Of a DNA stretch of 64,000 nt, positions 53,571-64,000 are shown piece after piece. The DNA is from Basidiobolus meristosporus CBS 931.73 (lineage: Eukaryota > Fungi > Basidiobolomycota): NCBI GenBank assembly GCA_002104905.1, contig MCFE01000066.1:124001-188000 (forward strand). The letters are read 5' to 3'. Every line of letters starts with the position of its first letter. The stretch's first letter is position 1. The position numbers and the translations under genes are program-made. The notes under the pieces are model-generated. The model was not told the DNA's origin. It worked only from the letters and a program-made list of their open reading frames with translations, and did not search any database.

Positions 53571-56201
53571 TTAGGTGGAGTTGCCCCATCTTAGCCCAAG
53601 CCCATTCATCAAAAAACCCACGAAGGAGCTTTTTGGAGTAGCAGGCTCGGTGCTGGTCGGAGTATTTCCCTTCGTTGCCGACACTGGGTTTAGTAAGTCA
53701 GCCTTGGGTGACACAATCGGCTCATCTCCTTTGATTATCACGGAGGACATGGATGCGTTGGTCACGGTGGTGGTGGTAGTACGTTTAGTATCATTTCCAG
53801 TGGAATTGTGAGCCTGGAACGATGGAAGATTCTGACGTTGACTACGTTGACTTCCATATTTCCAAGTTCCGGTTTTGTTTATATTCGAATAAAGTTCAGG
53901 ATTTCTAAGGATGTTTGTCAGAAGGATGTAACAGGAGGTTTCCGTATTTGGAAAAACATTTGATAACCCTAAATACCTTTTTAAATTTTCCCATAGTTCG
54001 GTGATCATCTCTTCAACCACATCAGGCCTTGTCTGCTTCAACTGCTCGAATCCCATGGCTATCATGTTGAGCGGATTTGTTGCGTCAGGATTCTGCTTCT
54101 TCACCTGTGTCATCCCGCTTAATAAGTTGTACAGGTTGATAAACATGCAAATTGCCCTAACCTTTACTACCGTGGGAAGGACTACGTAGTTGGTGAGATT
54201 CCGGCCAGTCTCCTCCAGCTCAGCAATTCGCCTACTACGATCACCAGTCTCGCCTCCTGGTAGTTGGAAATTCGCTGGCTTCACAGTTTCGGACCTAAAT
54301 GGATTTCAATTAAGAAGTCTACGGATCAAGCCAGGCATCAGCAATCATCACATACCAGTCGATGGCGCTAGTGGTGTCAAAGAATCGTTCTACCTCAGAC
54401 AGCGAAATAGTAGCTTCGGATATGACTGAGGTCTACATTGAAGTACGAGGAAGTTTAGTCCAACTTGAGCTTTGCGACAGCATGATACATAATCATACTC
54501 TCGTGCCAGGCCCCAGCTCTTTAACGGTCTTATGGGTCATCCGGATTGTATCAAAGTCCCAAGACATATAATAATTCTCTTCGGTCTCCAGGGTTCTAGC
54601 GTACACGCGCCATATTAGCTCATTTGCGACTTGAGACTGCTCCGCAATACTTACGGTGTGCGCCAGCTTTCTGCGAATGAGTCGTCTTCATTTTCCATAA
54701 TTTTCCATTGCTCATATTGCTCAATTAACTCCTGAAGACAAGAGACACCTTTTCGAGAATTATTAATAAATGGGTGCTTGAGGAGCTCTTTCGCTGAAGG
54801 TCTCTGTATCCAAGAAGACCCACGTTAATGTCAGTCATGGAAAAAAGGTGATTGACCGAACAATACTTCGCTAGGGTTTTTGGTGAGACATAAAGACACG
54901 AAATCCTTAAACTCCGAGGAGAAATTGCCCTCCAAAACTGGTGGCTTGTTTTTCGGGATCATAAAGAGCACCCGCATTGGATGATGATCTGCAAACGGCG
55001 GCTGCCCTTGAGCCATCTCTATTGCAGTAATACCCAATGACCAGATATCAGCCTAATAGGAGATGAGATATTAAGTGGGCGGCATGTCAGTGCTATGGAA
55101 CATCGCTTCCTACTTGCCTTTGAATCATAGCCAGTTTGCTGAATGACCTCTGGTGCCATCCAGAACTATTGTAGAGTCAGTAAGTAATCACGCACTAATA
55201 GGATTTCTCGATTTCGTATGTGTACCGGAGTCCCTACAAAGGTTCGACGCTGACTCTTCTGATGCGCTAATTGCGCTGCTACTCCGAAATCAGCTGTAGT
55301 CCAACAGCTTAGAGAATCGCATTCATATCATGCCACGAAGAATGTATCACTAACCCAATTTCACATTTCCGGATTCCGAGAGTAAGATATTAGCACCTAC
55401 AAACAAGGTAAGTAACTCATTTTGCACAACAATAGTTATCAAAGGTCATACATTTGATATCCCGATGGATTTTCCCCTCCGAATGCAAATAATCCAAACC
55501 CATCAGCAATTCACGTACTGTGACAGCAATCAATGGTTCCGGAAACGAGCCTGGTTTGAGCTGAATTACAATTTAGCAATCGTACATTTTTCCCCTCAGG
55601 AAGGCTATCAAGTCTATCCATCGAAGCTCATCATGGGGGGGGGATAGACAAATAAAAGCAGCGTTTACCAAATCTAGGCACGAGCCGCCTGACATATACT
55701 CCATTACTAAAATTGGATCGTTAGTGTCGATGCAAGTAATGTTGCTATACCCATATGAGTATACCAAATATAGGCTCATTTACCAATCCAAAGTTTAAAT
55801 CCTTTGATGTAAGAGTGGTAATACCGCGTAATGTAGTCTGAATTACATTGCGATAGTAGCGCAATTTCTTGTTGAATGTCGGTTATATCGTCTTCAGCAG
55901 TCTCTAGGTCAATCTTTTTTATTGCCACTAGCTGTTTGGAGTCATTGTGTATTCTAGGAGTTAAAGGGACGAGGGAAGTGAAGAATTTTAGCGGCAATCT
56001 CAGTGTGTAATAGAAGGAGCCTGGTTTTACCCTTTATATACGGTGCCAAAGGAGCCGCTACCCAACTTTTCTAATACTGTATATATCTTATCGGGATCAG
56101 TCTCAACAGCCTAGTAGACGAAGTAAATATTGAGGTGGTAGCAATGTATAGGCTATACTATCAATGAATAGTTCAGTTTTGGACTTTACCAAAGTCAGCA
56201 T
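53571..56201 (-). CDS. STE20/GCK-family Ser/Thr kinase (GCK-III MST3/STK24- or Sid1-like)
   Basis: [92 protein letters not shown]; multi-exon with C-terminal extension. Confidence 0.92.
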
Positions 56202-57065
56202 GAGTATTTTGCTCTTGTGAAGTTCAAAGGGGAAGGGGCAGGTTAACAGCAATTAATCAAAAATGAAGTAGAAGATTTATACAAGAGTAGTTATGAAAAC
56301 AGGATTAAGGACAGAAAGCCAGGCAATGCTGAAGGAGTCGGCGTTTTATCTCTATTCGAAATAGTCGGTAAAATCACCAATAGCCCATGGCTTCACATTT
56401 AAGACATTAATGCTATGTTCTAGTGAATACCCTTGGGTATCCGCGACTTCCTTAAATGTTATTTACTTGGTTGAACCAAGTTTAATGGTTAATGTGGATA
56501 TTTGGAAGTTGGTGTTCGTTCCTAATTAATGATATCCAATCACAATTGCACTGTGTCCATCCTTTTCAATATATGCTTCAGGAGCATAAATGCCAAGGTA
56601 GATTATTAATATGAATGGCGGCGCTTGTTCAGTTGTCCAATTGATTGGCGCAACCTACAAGTTCATGATGACACTGTAGGAAGCCATTGGCAACAAAATG
56701 TGCTTGAACAGCTGTGTTGGATACAACCTGAGCATAAGGAATGGACCATGGAATTTTCATAATGGGTACTTTGTACCTTTCATAATCTAATCCTCAACAA
56801 TCCAACAATTACATACCCTTTCTAATAGAGCACACACCATATCTGCCTTGAATGCAGTGCCTCTGGGCTGGATGTATCAATCAGTTCTCAAATAAGTTAC
56901 TCCTGTTGTGAGAGTTTTGGGGATATTGGATGTGATTGGGAGAACAAGTTATTTATGTGGGTTTTGCTTGTTGATTTATTGAGTTCAAATGATGTATATA
57001 CTTCTAGCAGTGCTTTGTTAGAGCTTCTTATTGCAAAACTCTAGAGAGCATTGAAAGTGATATGC

Positions 57066-57230
57066 TTAGGAGAGGGTGAGTCACCATTGCAGTGAAATCT
57101 TTATTTTACCTGGTAGTTACAAAAATCACTAAAGCTAAGAAAATAAGAATCCAGCAAAGAGTTGTTGAATCCCTTAAGTAATATAACGGAAACTTTGCTT
57201 GTGGGGATACAATGCACTGAATTAAGTATA
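57066..57230 (-). mobile_element. Short 3' fragment of a diverged non-LTR retroelement (copy E)
   Basis: Minus strand ends AATAAAGATTTCACTGCAATGGTGACTCACCCTCTCCTAA, homologous to the 3' ends of copies A-D. Confidence 0.6.
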
Positions 57231-57231
57231 G

Positions 57232-58254
57232 TTAGGGGGGAGACCGTCACCAACAGGTGAAATCTTTATTTCAGTTGAAACAAAGAAGCCAGCGCTACTG
57301 TTGTAGCTTTGATACCAGAGTGTGTAGCTGAGGGGAATTTGTAGGTAAGTTTACAAGAAGTGATGATAGTTCTCCAGTGCTCAAGACACTAATCAGGGGG
57401 AAGGGGGGTAGCAAGAGGGGCAAGAATGATTTGCAAACAACATTAATGAGGGGAATATGATAAGGATGGATATTCATCATAAAGGGAGTGTGCTGCTTCA
57501 GATATTGCTGCCAAAGGTCTGTCAAGTACTTCAGGTAGGCCAGCTTGGGTTTTTCTAACTGCAGAATATAGTGAGCAAACTTCTTGACTTCAGGGTCTCC
57601 AAGTATAGTTCTCCAGCAGGAGCCAGGTGTAGTGTGGTGTGTTCTCTTCCAGGTCTTGATCAGTGGGTTGTTGCAGTGGTGAAGTCTGAGATATAATCTG
57701 GTTCTAAGGTAGAGTAGTCTGATCCTGTAGGGCATAAACCCAAAAGCACCAAGAATAGCATGTCTGTAGAGGCATTCAGGCAGATGAGGCACCAGGGATG
57801 TAATGCACCAGACTGCAAAATTGTCAAGCTTAGTGCAGTCTCTAGAAGTAAGAGAGAGAAGTGGTAAGCCAAATTCCAGGACAGGGAAGACAAACTGCTT
57901 GAGTAGAAGGAGGCAGCTGGGAGCTGAAGTTGTAGGAGGAGTAACAGCCAGTAGCTTGTGGAGTGCCTGTCTTGCCAGGATAATTCTCTTCTTCAGGTGT
58001 GCTCCAGAGTCTAGTCCAGTAGGAAGGAAAGGAAAGCCAAGATATGTAGCAGAAACCTGAGCAGGTAGAGTGGAGTTCTCCAAGTTGATGGGAGAGCCCA
58101 AAGGTACAGTCTTTGCAATGGAAAGCTGGAGATTATTCTTCTGCAGATACTGGTGGATGGTCTGGGAGTCTTGTTGCACATTGGAGGAGGATATTCTGAT
58201 TGTTGTATCCAAGAGAAAGTGTAATAAAACTCTTGAATGGTTTAACTGAACCAA
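57232..58254 (-). mobile_element. 5'-truncated LINE (copy A): RT thumb/C-terminal region plus 3' UTR
   Basis: ORF 57295-58254 aligns with the post-YADD part of copy B (NNLQLSIAKTV, TYLGFPF, FVFPVLEFG); conserved 3' terminus. Confidence 0.85.
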
Positions 58255-58825
58255 AGGGACAATTAAGTGCAGTATCTTAGAATTGTCAGAGAGTGGCGGA
58301 AATATTAGCAGAAAGATTCTGATCTAATATTGGTCTTGGATATAGCTGGGTTGGCTATAAAGGCAATGATATTTGTTTGCTAGGCAGGCTAGGCTTGGTG
58401 TTCTTTGGAGTGCTAGATATACTAGGCTTGGATAGAAACTAGAACGGAATTGTTGGATTCTTGGTTTTGCTGAGACAGAATCTTAATTTCGTTGAGACAC
58501 ACACTAAACCAAAAGGTTCAGTACACTTTATTTATACTTTTCTTAGGGTTAGGGGAGGGAAAGTCACCAAGTTGGTGAAATCTTTATTTGAGTTAAGAAC
58601 TAATCTAGGTACAAATAAAGAAGCCAATTAAGAGGTCTAGAGCCTCTCTAATAAGTAATCTAATTTATGTTTTGTTTCATCTCTAATGTTTGTTTCAATA
58701 AAGTAAAGCTCATCAGGGGTAAATATAAGATTCAGGGGTTTTGGGGGAAGTACAAATTGTAGATGTTTCTGATCAATATAATCCAAGACTGGAACCCAGC
58801 CTGGGATTAGGTGTAGTAGGAAAGG

Positions 58826-59346
58826 TGTCATGATCACATGACAACCATGAACACCCATGCCAAGTTTCAGCTTCCCAGCTCAATTTCTAAGGGATTCCTT
58901 CCGGAACCTTCTACCACCTTCCAGAAAGTTCCTGACCATTCCAAACCATTGTTACACAATGGAACATTCCATGGAAGCTTTCCATTGTATTTTTTATAGT
59001 CCAGTACCATATATGGAAATACCAGGTCACATGACTTAGTCACATGATCAGGTGGCCCAATCCATTTCCCCATCCTGTCTCAGTACCATGTCATCTATGT
59101 CATTATCCCCAGCACCATTGCTGTGCCTCACCCCACAACCCCATTAGTATTAGCTAACATCTCTCGGCATCAATATAGCCAAAAAGTATATATAGTCCTA
59201 TCCCCCCTTAAGTATTCCTCAGTCTGATAAAGACAGGTCTTGAATAAACAGCCTTGCCTTGAATCCTGTCTTGCCTTGATGGTCCACACCTAAGTCCTTT
59301 CCTGCCGTGCCTAGCTTTTCCTCCTGCCTTGTGTCTATTCATAACA
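58826..59346 (+). mobile_element. Solo LTR (521 bp) inserted in LINE copy B
   Basis: TGTCATGA...TCATAACA termini; perfect 5-bp TSD AAAGG (58821-58825, 59347-59351); TATATATA (59187) and AATAAA (59243). Excision rejoins the RT reading frame. Confidence 0.9.
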
Positions 59347-61660
59347 AAAGGTGTGTGGACTTGTAAGTAGCTCTGCCACATAGATCTTAGATGGTCCTGA
59401 GCCAGTAGTCTTGGTTTCTCAGCTTTTTGAAGTTTTGAAGCAAGCTCTGTTACTACAGCAGAGCCAACCAGGGTGTGCCAGCAAGAAGATTTCAGGGAGG
59501 AGTTAGATTGAAGCCATTGTTTGATGGAGGGGTTATGTGATTTCTGAAGTTTGACTAGGAAGGAAGCATGGAGATAGACCATTTGGATTTGGTATGGGTA
59601 GAAGCCAAAGGCTCCATTAGTTGCATTGATATAGGGAGATACTGGAAGATAAGGTACCAAGGATCTGATACACTGATGGAGAAATTTATCCAGGCGGTGA
59701 AGTTCTCTGGAGGTTAGGGGTATAATGTGGAGACCAAACTCAAGTACCGGCAGTACATACTACTTCAGAAGTATAGGGATCTTTTGAATTGGAGTGTCTG
59801 GAGTGACTACTACCAGAAGCTTTTGAGAGCCTGCTGGGCAAGACGGATCCTATTATTTAGGTGGAGCTTTGAGTCAATCCCATGTTGACAAAATGGCAGA
59901 CCTAGATATATTGCAGTTTGTTGTGGCAGAATGCTAGTGTTCTGTATAGTTGTAGTGCATCCAATTGGGACTGTCTTGGAAATTGAGAGTGAGAGGTTGT
60001 TGGCAGCCAAGTACTTCTCAATGATGGCAGTGTCTGCTATGGGATTAGGAGTAGCAATCTTGATATCATCCGCATAGAGAGTTAGTAGTGGATAGGGAGA
60101 GTCTGGTGAGGAGCCTTTTGGAAATAAAGGAAAATCATGTAAGAATATCACAAATAGTAAGGGACCTAGTACAGATCCTTGAACTACTCCATTTGGAACC
60201 TCATAAGTCTCTGATGTACAACTTGGATGCAAAATTTTGGCTGAGTTCTCACAAAATAGAGAACGTACAAGAAGGGTCATTGGTAGTGTAGTAACTGCTA
60301 ATAGCTTTCTCCAAAGCAGAGCTCTGTCCACAGAGTCAAAGGCTTTAGTAATGTCAAACAGAATGGTTGGCAATGAGAATTGAAGTGAATGATCATGGCT
60401 TAGCACTACAGCCATATCCAAGGAGAGTTTGGGCAAGAAGCCAAACTGAGAAGGATGGAATGGATATAGTTGAGATTGCAAGGATCTTGCTATTATAAGC
60501 TCAAAGATTTTCCGGCAGGTTGGCAGGAGTGAAACTGGCCGGTAAGAACCTGGGAGTGAGTGTTTCCCCTTCCCTTTGTATAAGGGTATTACATTTGCCT
60601 GTGACCAGGCCTTTGGGGTAGTCAATTGTTGGGCACAGATAGAGTAGAATGGGAGAAGTAAGTGACTCATTTTGGAGTAGCACACCCGGAGTAGATTGTA
60701 GGTAATCAAGTCATGTCCAGGTGCAGTATTTGCAGGAAGCTTCTTTAAAATTTTCTCCAGAAGCTTTGCTGAAACCAAAATTGGAGATGTTGGACTGCTA
60801 GATATGTTACCAGTATGGTAGAAAGGAGGAGTGGGATGCACGGTTGAATCAAAGAATATAGGGGCCAGTTTGTCTGGTGATGGTATACTCCTTGCTTGGG
60901 GTCTCATGGCTTTATATACTCTTGATATGGACCTTGTGGTGGCATTCATATTTACTAAGGGCAAGGTATCCATGATATGAGCCCATAATCTAGTATGCTC
61001 AGTGATCTGTAGTGACTTGGAGTAGGAGATTGCGCTTTCCAGGAGGTTCTGTGTTTTTGGGTTAGGGAAACATAGGTAGCTGGAATTTAAGGCAGAAATG
61101 ATGGATTTCCATTTAAGTTGGTTTGCAGATGGCTTTTGGTAGGACTTGGTGGGCAGGGCCAGACAGCCAGTGATTATGATGAAATGCTGGTAAAATAGCC
61201 ATAATGCATTTATATCATCACAAATCCATGCAGGTAAGCTGGGAAATGCATATTCTGTAAGCAAGGATAGGTAGTTGGCAAAGTCCTGTGTCTGTGATAC
61301 TGAAGCTTTGGCTGGCAGGATTGTAAATGGCTGAAGAAGGGTGCCAATTGGTAGGGTTTTTCTGGCAGAAATGATAATATGTATTGGCTTGTGATCAGAT
61401 TTCTCTAGTGAACCACAGCTGATATCCTCTGGAATGCTTGTAACCTGGTGGATGTATTGTAAGGCAGCTGGAGTAGTTGTTACCCAGTCAACACAACATT
61501 GAGCTTGCTGAGTGTTTACAGTGACCAGATGGTTTTGTCGGAGGAACTTTGTAAAGTGCTCCTCTTGGGTTCTAAGTCTGGATGAAATAGTGGTGATATT
61601 TTCAGGGTGGGGAATATTTATATCTCCCACTACCATACAAGGGATTGATGAGCTGTTAAT

Positions 61661-62394
61661 AGACTTGTTCCGTTGGATAGTGCCACATTAAGCCATGAGT
61701 GCCAAATGATGCCATAGTGTGCCAGAGAGGTCAAGTGAGCCTATACTTGGCCACACAGTGTGAAACACAGCTCTGCATCTTCATGTAAAGCAGCCCCTGT
61801 GTTTCACGCATTGCGCAGGAGAAAGTCCATTTTTTGACCTTTTTTTGTGGATCAATGTAGCTCAGGATGTGTGAGAGCACAGGAGAACTGAAGATATGCA
61901 TCTGGTACTCAATACCCATGGCACTCTGAATCTTGCTCCTGTAGCTTGTATCATGTCACAAAAATGAATGGCACTATCTTGGTCCACTGGTACTATCTGG
62001 CACTATATTTAAATATTAGCCCTAAAGTAAGATCTATACAAAGCACTTATAGTGCCGGATAGTACCAGTGGACCAAGATAGTGCCATTCATTTTTGTGAC
62101 ATGATACAAGCTACAGGAGCAAGATTCAGAGTGCCATGGGTATTGAGTACCAGATGCATATCTTCAGTTCTCCTGTGCTCTCACACATCCTGCATAACAC
62201 TGAACCAAAAAAAAAGGTCAAAAAATGGATTTTCTCCAACACAATGGGTGAAACACAGGGGCTGCTTTGCACAAAGATGCGGAGCTATGTTTCACACCCT
62301 GTGGCCAGGTAGAGGCTCAATTGGCCTCTCTGGCACACTATGGCATCATTTGGCACTCATGGCTCAATGTGGCACTATCCAACAGAACAAGTCT
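61661..62394. mobile_element. Foldback MITE, non-autonomous PIF/Harbinger-type element (734 bp)
   Basis: Inverted arms of ~347 bp (61661-62007, 62048-62394) with a 40-bp spacer; termini AGACTTGTTC...GAACAAGTCT; 3-bp TSD AAT (61658-61660, 62395-62397). Excision restores the APE frame. Confidence 0.93.
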
Positions 62395-62985
62395 AATGAA
62401 TTCTGATGTGGCCAAGAAAATTGCCAGTGTTATGGAGTTAGACAGAGATGGAGGGAGATAGATAATAATGGCTACTATAGTTGGAAGTGTTAGAGCATAG
62501 CAGTAATACTCATAGATGATGGATACATTTGCTGAGGGTGCAAGCTTAGAAGATGAAAGAGCAACAAGTGCCATTGAGTGAGCTGGAAATCTTGGGTGAG
62601 CAGATGAATATGCATTCAGTCTAGAGGGAAGTTTTGGCAACTTAACATCAATTAGTAGGAGCAAGGAATATTCCTTTTTCAGTAAGTTTTCTAATTCAGC
62701 TACAGTTGGAGTGATGGAGTTGCAATTGAGTAAGAGTATGTTTTGTAGTCAGGCAGACTCTGAGGTTGCCTGTTCCTGCTGAAACTCTTGCACTGCCCTT
62801 TGTAAATTTCCAGAATTATTCCACAACTCTTCAAATGGAGCTTGTGTAATGTCTTTCAGGATTCTAATTGCTTCCTCTTTCAAGAAGTAGGCCACATCAT
62901 AGGTTGGAGCCTGTTTCTTAATGGCAGCAAAGAAAGCCATAATTGCCATGTGAGCTGGGGGCTTGTTGAATATTCCTGGCTCAGT

Positions 62986-63911
62986 GGGTTAGGGGGAGGG
63001 AAAGTCACCAAGGTAGGTGAAATCTTTATTTGAATGCAGACAAGTCTAACTACAAATAAAGAAGCCAGCTGGGAATAGAAGATTCCCAAAGTAAACACTA
63101 AGTTGAATATGAATAAATCTAAGCTAAAGTTAAGGCAGTATCCCAGAGTACACTGGAGTTCAGGCTCATGGGGGAGTGAAGTAGATAAGCTTGAGAGATA
63201 TAATAATCTTTCAAGAAGTGGGTAACAGCAGGTGAAGGGGAGTTTTTGATAAGTGAAGTGAATCTTGAGAGCAGAGATTCCTCTAATGAGAAGGTCTTGT
63301 AAACTGGAGAATCAGGAAACTCTTTAAAGGCATGGTCAGTAGGTTCCCAGTAAAACTGGTCAGAGACATTTTGAGAGAACTCTTTAGCAATACTTATGTC
63401 AAGTACTACTTCCAGAGTGTAATTGTTGATAAATCTTATGTTAACAATCTTGGATAAATTGTAACCTTGTTGCTTGAGATACATCCTATGTTCAGATATA
63501 GGAATAAACTCCACATTGGCAAAGTAGCAGACAGCCCAGTCAGTAGCAGGAGGCAAATCAGAAGTAGCAGGAAACTTTCTTTTAGTCTTGGGAGGAGCAG
63601 CAGGATGTCTTGAGGAAGCAGGAACAGGCTTTTTGACAGCTTCAGAGTAGGAAGAGTGAGCAGGAGCAGATGATTCTTGGGGAGTCTTGTTGACAGGAAC
63701 AGCTGGCAGAGAGACAATAGATTCTTGCAGATCAGAGAAGGCAGAAAACAGCTTTTGAACTTGTTTCTTGAGTAAAGCATTTTCAGCTTCAACAAGTGCA
63801 AGCCTTTCCTCAAGGAAGGAAATCTGAAGGGAATGAAGTGAAGGCATAAGAAATAAGAAGAAGAGGGTAAGATGGGGTGGGTGGGTGGGAAAATTAGCAG
63901 GGAGAAGAGAA
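62986..63911 (-). mobile_element. ORF1-only non-LTR element (copy C)
   Basis: Pyrimidine-rich 5' leader, intact ORF1, then ~130 nt ending in the family 3' terminus; no APE/RT between. Confidence 0.75.
63119..63847 (-). CDS. LINE ORF1 (gag-like nucleic-acid-binding protein), 242 aa
   Basis: N-terminal coiled coil (LEERLALVEAENALLKKQVQKL), SYSEAVKK motif, RRM-like alpha/beta segment; weak similarity to the ORF1 remnant of copy B (IKNSPSPAVTHFLKD vs IKKQAPTYDVAYFLKE). Confidence 0.7.
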   Translation of the reverse strand: MPSLHSLQISFLEERLALVEAENALLKKQVQKLFSAFSDLQESIVSLPAVPVNKTPQESSAPAHSSYSEAVKKPVPASSRHPAAPPKTKRKFPATSDLPPATDWAVCYFANVEFIPISEHRMYLKQQGYNLSKIVNIRFINNYTLEVVLDISIAKEFSQNVSDQFYWEPTDHAFKEFPDSPVYKTFSLEESLLSRFTSLIKNSPSPAVTHFLKDYYISQAYLLHSPMSLNSSVLWDTALTLA

Positions 63912-64000
63912 GGGTTAGGGGGGAGACAGTCACCAACAGGTGAAATCTTTATTTCAGTTGAAACAAAGAAGCCAGCACTACTGTTGTAGCTTTGATACAA
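63912..64000 (-). mobile_element. 3' end of another LINE (copy D), same subfamily as copy A, running off the window
   Basis: 63914-64000 differs from 57231-57317 at only about three to four positions. Confidence 0.9.

Larger units (their letters stand above)
58543..62985 (-). mobile_element. Decayed LINE (copy B): ORF1 C-terminal fragment, APE endonuclease and RT, interrupted by a solo LTR and a MITE
   Basis: APE: ILLLNCNS, IIIYLPP, VVGDIN, VDW, SDHKPI. RT: PGHDLI, YRPVSLL, QFGF, FDITKAFDSV, GVVQGSVLGPLLF, LYADD. Removing both insertions restores frame (EFI-NSSS; VHTP-FLLH). Frameshift near 59820 and an in-frame TAG. Confidence 0.92.

Noticed and set aside
58255-58542. Segment between LINE copies A and B as an endonuclease N-terminus (VCLNEIK)
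   Set aside because: Only a short motif amid multiple stops; cannot be assigned without a homology search.
57066-64000. Endonuclease-less Penelope-like (Athena/Coprina) telomeric elements
   Set aside because: Copy B encodes an AP endonuclease (NCN, GDIN, SDH motifs) and a LINE-type RT, so these are non-LTR LINEs, not PLEs.

Overview
Eukaryotic, intron-rich fungal DNA; short ~40-100 nt introns and gene content (PRL phosphatase, DHX30-like helicase) suggest an early-diverging lineage, which is an inference. A dense housekeeping gene block (~9.4-56.2 kb) holds kynurenine 3-monooxygenase, Mak10, heat-shock factor, a dsRBD-DEAH helicase, BCAT, striatin, Utp20, PRL, Fmc1, a CCCH-PUF protein, a Byr4-like protein, a hevein-domain GPI protein, Vps9, Atg8 and a GCK/STE20 kinase. 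Two CpG-depleted transposon islands flank it. The left island (1-9.35 kb) has a probable solo LTR, a decayed two-ORF PIF/Harbinger-type transposon inserted into the RNase H end of a decayed Ty1/copia element, and further copia remnants. The right island (57.06-64 kb) is a head-to-tail, same-orientation chain of five APE-RT non-LTR retroelement 3' ends. Each ends not in poly(A) but in AATAAA + a conserved hairpin + CCCCTAA(CCC), so it joins its neighbour at a TTAGGG-like telomeric motif. One member carries only ORF1. A solo LTR and a 734-bp foldback MITE, of the same family as the left Harbinger element, are nested in the chain. The best candidate for an undescribed system is this possible telomere-repeat-anchored LINE array.
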